64,000 nt of DNA. Source: Candidatus Saccharimonadota bacterium (GTDB lineage: Bacteria; Patescibacteriota; Saccharimonadia; Saccharimonadales; Saccharimonadaceae). Below the pieces are notes generated by a model, which saw only the letters and a program-made list of their open reading frames with translations, had not been told where the DNA came from and did no database searches. Position numbers and translations under genes: made by a program. Positions 47,178-56,900 of this stretch are shown here, one piece after another. Every line of letters starts with the position of its first letter. Positions within the stretch are counted from its first letter, which is position 1. The DNA lies in NCBI GenBank assembly GCA_017514905.1, contig JAFWIK010000001.1, positions 1,630 to 65,629 on the forward strand, given 5' to 3'.

Positions 47178-48143
47178 TTATTTATCCCAATCGAAGCCTT
47201 CGCCGTAATGACCATATTCGGCAGTTTTTTCATAAATCGGACGTTTTAAATCCAGGAATTTAATGATACCGTTGGGTGTCAAATCATAGCCCGTAATTTC
47301 TTCGGGTTTGCCATCGACGATCACGGTTTTTTCGAGCGGCTCTGCGTAGCCAATTGCATAAGCTAGACGTACCAAGACCTCGTTTGCTTTACGTTTACGC
47401 AGATAATCCACGGCGATTTTGCGTGCCATGTAAGCTGCTGAACGATCCACTTTTGATGGATCCTTCCCAGAATAACAGCCTCCGCCAATTGCTACACGTG
47501 GGCCATAGTTATCAACGATTAATTTGCGGCCAGTGAGACCAGTATCAGCCTCAAACCCACCTTGGTTCCAATCTCCGGCCGGATTGATATGCAGCTCTAA
47601 CTTACCAGATAATTTCTGCTGATCGATAAATTCACGCACCTTTTTCTCTAGATCGTCATGCCCGACATTTTGAAAACTCGCCACAATTGAGTCAATTGAA
47701 CCGTCTGGAGCAATTGTCACTTGCGTCTTGCCGTCATACGGGTATTCTTCGTAGATAAACTGGTTCAACCGTCTTGCCAGAACCTCCTCGCGTGGTAATA
47801 GCTCTTCAGTTTCATTACAGGCATAGCCAATCATGATTCCCTGATCACCTGCACCGCCGGTATCCACTCCTTGAGCAATTTCTGGCGATTGTTTTACGAT
47901 TTTGGTATGTACTTCTACGTTATCGCCCGCAATTCTACGCACGATTGCCGGTATATCTACGTCATCTGCTGTGGATGTAATTTCACCAGTCACGAATACT
48001 ACACCATGCCCACCACAAGTTTCTGCTGCCACGCGAGCATCAGGGTCTTTTTCTAAATATGCGTCTAAAATCGCGTCACTAATGCGATCGCATAATTTGT
48101 CTGGGTGTTTTGGAGAAACGCTCTCCGCCGTTCGATAGAACAT
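47178..48143 (-). CDS. metK: S-adenosylmethionine synthetase (compact)
   Basis: ESVS..HPDK, GAGDQG, DGKTQVT, DTGLTGRK and SGKDPSKVDRS motifs. Confidence 0.97.
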   Translation of the reverse strand: MFYRTAESVSPKHPDKLCDRISDAILDAYLEKDPDARVAAETCGGHGVVFVTGEITSTADDVDIPAIVRRIAGDNVEVHTKIVKQSPEIAQGVDTGGAGDQGIMIGYACNETEELLPREEVLARRLNQFIYEEYPYDGKTQVTIAPDGSIDSIVASFQNVGHDDLEKKVREFIDQQKLSGKLELHINPAGDWNQGGFEADTGLTGRKLIVDNYGPRVAIGGGCYSGKDPSKVDRSAAYMARKIAVDYLRKRKANEVLVRLAYAIGYAEPLEKTVIVDGKPEEITGYDLTPNGIIKFLDLKRPIYEKTAEYGHYGEGFDWDK

Positions 48144-48239
48144 ATCTTTCCTTTCTGGTCGGAATTACCACCTTGCCGTGCTATAAGTGGTAGGTTGGCA
48201 GGAGGTCACTGGGCCGCTCCCTCGCTCCTTCTTGATATT
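48142..48239 (-). promoter_or_regulatory. SAM-I (S-box) riboswitch
   Basis: Reverse complement ATATCAAGAAGGAGCGAGGGAGCGGCCCAGTGACCTCCTGCCAACC...AAGGTGGTAATTCC...GGAAAGATAT follows the S-box consensus; directly upstream of metK. Confidence 0.9.
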
Positions 48240-48286
48240 TAGTATTAGTATTATTATTATATCACTCATCGTGATAAAATAAAGAT

Positions 48287-49519
48287 ATGAAAATCGCGAT
48301 TTTTTCCGATTGTTATCTAGACCTTACGGGCGGCATTGTTTCATCCATTAATGCGCAAAAAGCCGCACTGGAAAAGAACGGCCACGAAGTGGTGATTTTT
48401 AGTACTGGTTTTCCCCGTTCTACCAAAGAATTAGAAAAACTAGCCAAGAATCATATTTATCAAGTTCCGTGTTGTAAATTATTTTTCCGCGGCGTTGCAC
48501 CAGTCTCTCGGCGCCCCGGAATTATTGAAAAGTGGCTTCTAGATAAACATCCAGAACTTAAAGATTTTGATGTTTTTTATGTACATTACGAATCTGGTTG
48601 TTCGATTGCCGGGCTGAGGCTCGCCAAAAAACTCAAGATTCCTTCTGTCCAAGTAATGCACGGCCGCGAAGATATGGGCGTCGACTGTCAAATTCCACTT
48701 GGTTTCAAAACTATTACTGCCACGGCCCTAAATATGATACACGCTATGTATCTACCGCACCCGGTCAAAGTTAAAAAAGATGAATATTTGGCCGACACTT
48801 TTGCAAAAGCCAGAATGTGGAGTCTAATGGTTAATCACGCACGTTATGCCGATGCCCTCATCATCCCGTCCGAGCATTTTGCTAGAAAACTTGGTCATTA
48901 TGGTGTTAGAAAAAAGATCTGGTTACTTCCAAACGGTTATCCTGACGAACGTTTCCCCAAAAAGCCCGCCGTACGCGAATTTAAAGAAGGCGAAGTCTTG
49001 CATCTAATTTGGCACTCGCGCGTTTCGGGCGAAAAACGCATCATTCCCTTTTTAAAAGCGCTTTTATTAGTCAATGGCAAATATTGTCTCGACGTCTATG
49101 GCGGTGGTCCCGATCTTAAGCGCGCTAAAAAAATTGCCAGAAAGCAAAATTTAAATGTGACTTTTCACGGCAATGCTTCCTTTGAAGAAGTACAAGACGC
49201 CATCCCCAAGGCTCAGCTAGACGTACTAGTTTCCTATAATTACGATGATTATCCTTCTACTCTCGTTGAAGCAGAAGCCGCAGGGCTACCTGTATTTATT
49301 TGTGATCCTGACCTCGAGGAGGTCTTGCCCGAGAAAAGCTTTCTAATTTCCAGAAACGAATCACCCGAAAAAATGGCAGATGCTTTGAATACCTTATTTA
49401 CTCGTCCAGAACAAATCGCCAAAATGTCCAAAAAAATGCTTGCCGCGCGTGAAGAAGTTTTGATGAGCAGACGCATTAAACTACTAGAAAAAATCTTTAA
49501 TGGTATAATTAAAAAATGA
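48287..49519 (+). CDS. GT4-family glycosyltransferase (glycolipid synthase-like)
   Basis: MKIAIFSD.Y....GG, IIPSE, PNG, RVSGEK and EAEAAGLPV motifs. Confidence 0.85.
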   Translation: MKIAIFSDCYLDLTGGIVSSINAQKAALEKNGHEVVIFSTGFPRSTKELEKLAKNHIYQVPCCKLFFRGVAPVSRRPGIIEKWLLDKHPELKDFDVFYVHYESGCSIAGLRLAKKLKIPSVQVMHGREDMGVDCQIPLGFKTITATALNMIHAMYLPHPVKVKKDEYLADTFAKARMWSLMVNHARYADALIIPSEHFARKLGHYGVRKKIWLLPNGYPDERFPKKPAVREFKEGEVLHLIWHSRVSGEKRIIPFLKALLLVNGKYCLDVYGGGPDLKRAKKIARKQNLNVTFHGNASFEEVQDAIPKAQLDVLVSYNYDDYPSTLVEAEAAGLPVFICDPDLEEVLPEKSFLISRNESPEKMADALNTLFTRPEQIAKMSKKMLAAREEVLMSRRIKLLEKIFNGIIKK

Positions 49520-50154
49520 GATATTTAGCGGATCTTCTAACTTTATCAAGATTAATCCTTGCCCTTGTCTTACTCGTGATTTCTTTCACCGGTGGCACGC
49601 CTGAAGCGGCCTTCATTATTTTTCTCACCGCTGAATTCACGGATGCCTTTGATGGCACTTGTGCACGCAAGTGGCCTTTTCCAAAAGACAGGACTCCAAA
49701 ATACCGCAAATACGCTGCCCAGTTTGATATGGTTTCCGATATCCTCCTTACTTTTGCCCATGTTCTATTTATGACACTTCGTGTCAACATGGTACTTGGC
49801 ATTATTATTATTACCTATTATCTTCTTTCGTCTGTCTTAGGTGACCTTTTGGTCTACGGTAAAATCCTCGGCCACCCCGACAACTGCACCAAAAATTCTC
49901 TCACGAAGCGTAATTTCCCGCTCGCCAAAAAAATCATTCTCACACGTCGCTACATTTACACGCTCTGCCTTGGCGTTGTCAATGCAGTGATTCTCTTTGC
50001 GACTAGCTGGCCAAATCCGGTTAAAATTGGTCTATTCATCTTTGGCTGCTCAATTTTTGTCTTCATTTGGTTTTTCCTTCGCCAGCGTCGCCAGAACATT
50101 TCCCGCGACGCCGTGGATATCGAGAAAAAGCTTAGTAAAGTCGCGAAGCACTGA
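49516..50154 (+). CDS. CDP-alcohol phosphatidyltransferase family protein
   Basis: LTLSR and TDAFDGTCAR...FDMVSD motifs; multiple TM helices. Confidence 0.85.
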   Translation: MRYLADLLTLSRLILALVLLVISFTGGTPEAAFIIFLTAEFTDAFDGTCARKWPFPKDRTPKYRKYAAQFDMVSDILLTFAHVLFMTLRVNMVLGIIIITYYLLSSVLGDLLVYGKILGHPDNCTKNSLTKRNFPLAKKIILTRRYIYTLCLGVVNAVILFATSWPNPVKIGLFIFGCSIFVFIWFFLRQRRQNISRDAVDIEKKLSKVAKH

Positions 50155-50215
50155 TGCTATTAAACAGCGTTTTGAAACCACACTCAAATTGATACAATGT
50201 GGTGACTGATCAGTT

Positions 50216-50995
50216 TTATTTAAATAGCACTGACGAAGTTGCTTTTATAAAACTATTAGGAGTGTAAATATTCATTGCCACGATTTTTGCAGCTAATTCA
50301 CCGTTCCATAGTGTCAGGGCGGAATAGCCAGTTTTTTCTAGCGCCACGGCTTTGATTATGCCTTCCGAGGCCACCAAAATTTGCCCTTCATTTAGCGTCA
50401 CAATTGACACTGGATAGCTTAGGGTGAATTTATGTAGAGCTTCCGCGACTTGCATTAGTGGTTCTGACAAAAGTAGCATTTTGGGATAATACACCGCCCG
50501 AAAGATTTTCAAAAGTTGCGGCATCGTTGCTAGTAAAATAATGTTTTCATTCATCAACAGTTTATCGATCTCATTTTCTGCTGCCAGATCTACTGTATCA
50601 CGCGTAAGGAGGGTCATCTTTTCCGCCGTAGCACTCGCGCCTGTAATTGCCTTACTAGTTATGGCGTTTTTTGATAAATCTCCTAGCACTAAATTAAAAT
50701 CTGAGGCATTGAAAACATCGCGCAGCATTTGACTATCATCCATCGAACCAGACTCCGTTGCCGGTACAAAAGTGAAGTTTGGTAGTGGCGGCAATTTATT
50801 CTTTAGCGTATCTGGCAGAATCAACCGCACTTCTTTTAATGGATAATTATTACTCAAAAACTCCGCCGTTTTGATTTCAGTTCGAAAATTCTGCAGTGAC
50901 CCACCAATAATATTGACGCTTCCTTGTTTTTGTTCTGGGATGTTCCAACTGAGATCTTCATCAGGCTTAGTGTCGAGCTTTTCAAAGTAATCCAT
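50216..50995 (-). CDS. YjeF-C/NnrD-like (ribokinase fold) protein, degenerate
   Basis: K.G...IIGGS N-terminal motif and overall pattern; TAATG overlap with the xth stop. Confidence 0.6.
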   Translation of the reverse strand: MDYFEKLDTKPDEDLSWNIPEQKQGSVNIIGGSLQNFRTEIKTAEFLSNNYPLKEVRLILPDTLKNKLPPLPNFTFVPATESGSMDDSQMLRDVFNASDFNLVLGDLSKNAITSKAITGASATAEKMTLLTRDTVDLAAENEIDKLLMNENIILLATMPQLLKIFRAVYYPKMLLLSEPLMQVAEALHKFTLSYPVSIVTLNEGQILVASEGIIKAVALEKTGYSALTLWNGELAAKIVAMNIYTPNSFIKATSSVLFK

Positions 50996-51780
50996 TAGAA
51001 CTCCAATTCGATCGAAATCGGGCAATGGTCCGATCCCATTACGTTTTCATAAATTTCCGCGGATTTCAGACTCGGCAGAAGTTCCTTTGACACAAAGAAA
51101 TAATCAATCCGCCAGCCTACGTTATTTGCGCGCGCCGCGCCCCAGTGGCTCCACCAAGTGTAGCGCACCTCATCCGGATGTAGCTCTCGAAACGAATCTA
51201 CAAGCCCAGCATTTATTATATTTGTAATGCCCCGCCGTTCTTCGTCTGTAAACCCAGCCGAATGATGGTTGGTGTCAGGTCGTGCGATATCAATTTCTTC
51301 ATGCGCCGCGTTAAAATCACCACATACCACCACCGGCTTTTTAGTCTCGAGCGACTTCAGGTATTTCAAAAATTCCGGGTCCCACAATTTCTCACGTAAA
51401 TATAATCGCTCCAATTCGTTTTTAGAGTTAGGTGTATAGACGTCCACTAGGAAAAATCTTTCAAATTCCGCCGTCAGCACCCTTCCCTCCGTCAGAGGAT
51501 CACCAAATTGGTCTTCAAACTTTAGATCGGTTGGCAGATTATTACGTGTAGAAAGCGGTTTAATTTTGCTAAAAATCGCTGTGCCAGAGTATCCTGGTCG
51601 TTCGGCTGAATTCCAAATCTCCTCGTATTCTGGCAAATCAATTTCTGCCTGTCCTTGCTTAGCTTTAGTCTCTTGTATACATAAAATATCCGGATCGTAG
51701 GCATTAATAAAGTCCTGTAAAGCGCCTTTCCGGATTACAGCACGCAGGCCATTTACATTCCAAGAGAAAATTCTAAGCAT
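50995..51780 (-). CDS. xth: Exodeoxyribonuclease III
   Basis: SWNVNGLRA, QETK, YTPN, GDFNAAH, GWRIDYF and SDHCP motifs. Confidence 0.96.
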   Translation of the reverse strand: MLRIFSWNVNGLRAVIRKGALQDFINAYDPDILCIQETKAKQGQAEIDLPEYEEIWNSAERPGYSGTAIFSKIKPLSTRNNLPTDLKFEDQFGDPLTEGRVLTAEFERFFLVDVYTPNSKNELERLYLREKLWDPEFLKYLKSLETKKPVVVCGDFNAAHEEIDIARPDTNHHSAGFTDEERRGITNIINAGLVDSFRELHPDEVRYTWWSHWGAARANNVGWRIDYFFVSKELLPSLKSAEIYENVMGSDHCPISIELEF

Positions 51781-52189
51781 ATCTTTCCCTTTCAATGTCA
51801 CGTTTCTTAATGGCTTCGCGTTTGTCATATTTTTTCTTACCTTTACCAACTGCAATTACTAGTTTTATGTGTCTTCCTCCGCCGAGAAGCTTTACTGGCA
51901 CAATCGTAGAGCCGTCAACCTTCGCGCGCTCCATGGCGGTAATTTGTTTTTTGGTGGCAAGGAGTTTAATATTTCTGGCCGTGTCCGCTCCCAGCGTCAA
52001 ATTATTCAGCCATAGTTCCCCATTTCTGATTGTCACAAAGGAACCTTTAAGTTGTACGTGATGATCACGGATCGACCGCACTTCCGGTCCAGTCAGCACC
52101 ATGCCAGCCGAAAGCTCGTCGCCTAGCACATAATCATACCTAGCCCGCGCATTTACTGTTACCTGATCCGACACACGTTTTTTCTTCAT
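51773..52189 (-). CDS. smpB: SsrA-binding protein
   Basis: N.RARYDY, AGMVLTGPEVRSIR, KLL and GKGKKKYDKR motifs. Confidence 0.96.
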   Translation of the reverse strand: MKKKRVSDQVTVNARARYDYVLGDELSAGMVLTGPEVRSIRDHHVQLKGSFVTIRNGELWLNNLTLGADTARNIKLLATKKQITAMERAKVDGSTIVPVKLLGGGRHIKLVIAVGKGKKKYDKREAIKKRDIERERYA

Positions 52190-52293
52190 AATCTTATTAT
52201 ACCACTTGACTGCTTTTCTCGTACTTGCTACAATAAAACTATCTGGATAACCATAACATTTATCTAGATGTTTCCGTAATTTATGGAAAAGTG

Positions 52294-53738
52294 ATGCATA
52301 AACACGTGAATTTGATTAATTCTAAAACATTTATAAGAGCCGCTGTTTTTGGTGGTTTTTTTCTTTAGTTCTTATTTCAAGTAATTCTTCTGCTGTTACT
52401 TATCAAGACGGTGCAGATGTAACTTTCACTTTTAATCCTACCATTACAGTAGGTCTTTCTACTTCAGAACTCACTATTAGTGAACTTACTCCCGGTACAT
52501 CAGCTGATAGCAATGCTGTGACTATTACAGTTTCTACTAACACAGCCTATGGCTATTACTTGACTGCTACAGCAGGCACTTCTTCTACTTCTTCAGACCT
52601 AGTTAATACTTCCAATAGTGATTATACCTTTTCTAGTATTGCTACTAATGCTAATCTAGCTAGTTTAACTACTGATAATACTTGGGGTTATCGTACTTCT
52701 TCTGACAATGGCTCTACTTGGTCTAATTATTCCGGTCTTCCCAAAGACAATAATGATGAAGGGGCTACTGGTAAAGCTCTTATAGAAACCAATACTCCAG
52801 CTGACAGTCAAACCATCAAGTTTAAGATTGGTGCTAAAGCTTCTACTTCCCAAGCTGCTGGAGTCTATACTAATACGATTAATTTCTATGCTGTAGGGAA
52901 TGCGGCGCCAGAACCGCCATCAGCTCCAGGTGAGTGCACTGATACTGCCACTTGCATGCAGACGATGTCTTCTTGCCCCACTACCGCCACTACGGTAACC
53001 GATGCTCGCGATGGCACTACTTACAAAGTTCAACAACTAGCTGACGGTAACTGCTGGATGCTAGATAATCTAGCTCTTGATCCTACACAGCTTACTCAAG
53101 CTGAACTTTACGGTACTGTTGAACAGCCACTCACTAACGCCTCCAATACTACGCTTGACTATCTCAAGAATGGTGGCGGCACTACATCTGACCAATACGC
53201 CATTACTGGCGTAGTAGAATGGGCTAATAGTCCAACCTCTGCATCGGACCGTAGCTATTCTGATCCACTAATAGCTACATCGGACAGTGGCTGGACTAAA
53301 GATACAGTTCCATCTAATTCTGCTTTAGGCGTAGGAAGCCATAAGATTGGCATCTATTACAACTACTGCGCCGCCAGTGCAGGTTCATATTGCTATGGTG
53401 ATGGGGCTTCTTATGGTTCACCTTTTGGCAATGCTACGGAAGACATTTGTCCAGCTGGCTGGAGATTGCCCACCGGTAATAGTTCCGGCGAGTATGGCTT
53501 ACTCTATGACACTGTGAGCTACGGCTATAATAATTATACAGCCTACAGGACGGCATTATCTTTGCCACTTTCCGGCTACTTCAATAGTGGCCAGGGCGTG
53601 CGTGGTGATTGGTGGACTTCTACGTATAAAAATTATTCTGAAATGTATCGCCTTGCGGTGGGTAACTCAGCTCTGACCACGACACAATCCGCATATCGTC
53701 AAACTGGTTACAGCATTAGATGCATTCTAAATTCCTAG
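52294..53738 (+). pseudogene. Surface protein with C-terminal FISUMP/C-type-lectin-like domain, frameshifted in the signal peptide
   Basis: Frame from ATG 52294 stops at TAG 52366-52368 after T7 (52356-52362); one extra T joins it to the 52518-53738 ORF; DARDG, CWM..NL, YYNY, ICPAGWRLPT and GYSIRC motifs. Confidence 0.75.
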
Positions 53739-53978
53739 ATTTGTTTCTCTCCGAACTCCAAAAGGAATAAAGAGTCCTGAGTCTGGAGAAAGGGATGTGG
53801 TGAGCCCTAGCATCCGCCCCGCCTAGCGACCGTAGACTCCCAATTCACGCCTAGCATGGCTAGAAGCTTATTCTAGTACTATATATAATATATAGTAGAC
53901 CTCAACCGCTATATCTAGCGTCCAGACCCCATCACAATACACCACATCTAGCGTCAACCGAACATTTCCCGAACAGTT

Positions 53979-56900
53979 CTAGCAGACTTTGACGTTTTCT
54001 TCCCCGACCAGCTCTTTCAATTTTCCAAGCAGCTCTTCTGACGCATCCACTTTGAACGGCATCTTGAGTGGTCTTTTTGCTTCGCCTTCTTTTAATACCA
54101 ACACTACATCTTGTACCCCAGCATTAAGGTCCGCCAGTCTTCGAATCGCAGTTAGAGCTTCAGTATCGGAAGAGTCTTCTATTAGAATGTAAAGTCGTTC
54201 CTTTCGCGGATCTTTGGGCGGTTCCTTGATCACTCGTTGCGAGCTAGAATCCTGATCATACGCTTTTCTTTCAGCCGCATCAAAACTTGTGTAGATGCGT
54301 TTAGCTGAAGATTTACCACGTTTCGTGGGAGCGGCTAGGGGCGCCGGTAACTTGGTGCCAGTAGAGGTATAAGAATCAAGCACCTCGTCCGATATTAGTT
54401 CAATGGTTTCCGCCAGTAGTTTTACATCTGAAGTCACATTGCCGTCTTTGTCGCGCGCATTAACTTTGCCAGAAACTTTTACTACGTTGTCTACCTCAAG
54501 TTTGCCTCCGTATTCAGCAAAAACCGATGGGAAAACGATGAATTCAGCTTCATCAGTTTTATTTTCAATTTTGACAAACGCCATTTTGTCACCTTTTTTC
54601 GTCAAAATTGTGCGAACATTAGTAATAATCCCCCCAATTGTAACCATTTTGCCATCGTTTTCTTCTGAAACGTATGTCATTGGATGGGTCTGCTCTTCAA
54701 AATAAGTATCATATTTATCTAATGGGTGTGCTGACAAGTACAGCCCCATTAGATCACGTTCCCACAAAAGTTGTTCTTTCTCAGGAAATTGCGTAGGCGC
54801 AGTTTTAATCTCTACCTCCGGGACGGCCCCAGCCTCACCCATCATGCCGAACAAATCAGTTTGTCCAGAACCTACATCCTTCTGAATCTTGGCTCCATAG
54901 GCCTGCACTGCCTCGAGGTTAAACAGTAAATCTGAACGCGTAGCACCGAACCGATCAAAGGCACCAGTCTTGATGGCGGCTTCCCAAGATTTTTTATTAA
55001 ACTTGGTCGAGTCTACACGCTTGGCAAAATCACAGATTGATTTGAATGGTCCATTTTTATCTCGTTCCGGAATCACGATGTCTTCGACTAGTGATTTCCC
55101 CATGTTTTTGATGCCAGAAAGTCCGAACCGGATAGTTTTTTCACCACCAACAATGCCAAAATCGCCGTACGACTCATTGATATCTGGTCCGAGGACTTTT
55201 AGCCCCATTTTTTTGCATTCAGAAATCTCAATCGCCAGGCGGTCAGTCCAACGCATATCAGCCGTCATCAGCGCCGCCATAAAAGCATCCGGATAGTGTG
55301 CCTTTAGATAAGCGGTCCAATATGCAATTAAAGCATAACACGCAGCATGCGATTTATTAAAGCAGTAATTTGCAAAGTCCAAAAGTTGCGACCAGAATTT
55401 TTCGGCAATTTCCTCCGTGGCACCGCCAATTTCCACGGCGCCTTTAATGAATTCTGGTTTCACTTTTTTCATCAAATCAATTTTCTTCTTCCCTACTGCT
55501 TTACGCAGTGTATCTGCCTGCCCACCGGTAAACCCGCACCATTCCTTAGAAATCTGCATGAACTGTTCCTGATAAATTAAAATACCATAAGTGTTTTTGA
55601 GTGAGTTTTCTAGTCCAGGATGAAGGTACGTAATCGGTTCCTCGCCGTGTTTACGCCGAATAAAGGAATCAATAAACTGCATTGGCCCCGGACGATACAA
55701 AGCCACCATCGCGATGATATCTTCAAAAGTCGAAGCCTTTAAATCTTTCAGGTAACGTTTCATGCCAGCAGATTCTAGCTGGAATACACCAGTAGTTTCT
55801 GCCCGCTGTAATAGCTCATAAGTTTCTTTATCATCTAGCGGTAAGGCTGATAAATTAATGTCATTATGATAGACCTTACGAATCATTCGAAGAGCATTAT
55901 TAATTACGGATAAATTCGAGAGTCCTAAAAAGTCCATTTTGAGAAGACCAAGTTCTTCTACTTGTCCCATTGGGAATTGTGCTGCAATTGGCCCCTTCGC
56001 TGATACTTCTAGCGGTAAAAACTTTACCAAATCATCTGGTGCAATAATTACGCCGCAAGCATGCACGCCGTGATTTCTGATCGTCCCCTCAAGCCGAGAT
56101 GCGAAGTCTATCACTTCCTTCGAGGTTGGGTTGGTTTCATATTCTTGTTTAAGCTCTGGCACTTCTTTTATAGCGTCAGAAAGTTTGACATGGTGGCCCT
56201 GTACGGGGTCGGGTACCATTTTGGCTAGCCGGTCTGCCTCAGCATACGGCACTTCTAGCACTCTCGCCACGTCTCGCACTGCGTTTTTGGCCATCATTTT
56301 GCCAAATGTTGCGATATTCGACACCCTTCCTTTGCCATATTTCTCAGTGCAGTATTCAATTACTTCGTCGCGCCTAGTATCTTGAATATCGGTATCAATA
56401 TCCGGCATACTAATCCTATCTGGATTCAAGAATCTTTCAAAGAGTAGATCGTATTTTAAGGGGTCTAACTCGGTGATACGTAGTGCATAAGCTAGAATTG
56501 AACCGGCTGCCGAGCCACGCCCTGGACCGTACACTATTCTTTTTGATTTGCCCCAGTTAATAAAGTCCTGCACAATCAGGAAATAACCATTATAGCCCAT
56601 TTTATCGACTACGGATAGTTCATAATCAATCCTAGGTAACACTTTGTGGAGTTCGTCACGCTTTTTGTCTACTTCGGTCAGAATTTTGCGGCACTCTTCG
56701 ACGCTAAGTTTCTCAGTGTTTTCGAGCTTTTTCCCACCGTAGCGGTAGGCTAGACCGCGAAAAACTAGCTTATCGAGGTAGGTTTTCTCGTCTTCGCCTG
56801 TCGGAATCGGGAATTTCGGAATCAAAATCCGCCCGAGTTGGAGATCCACATTACAACGTTCGGCGATCTTTTTAGTGTTTAGAACCGCTTCTGGACAGGT

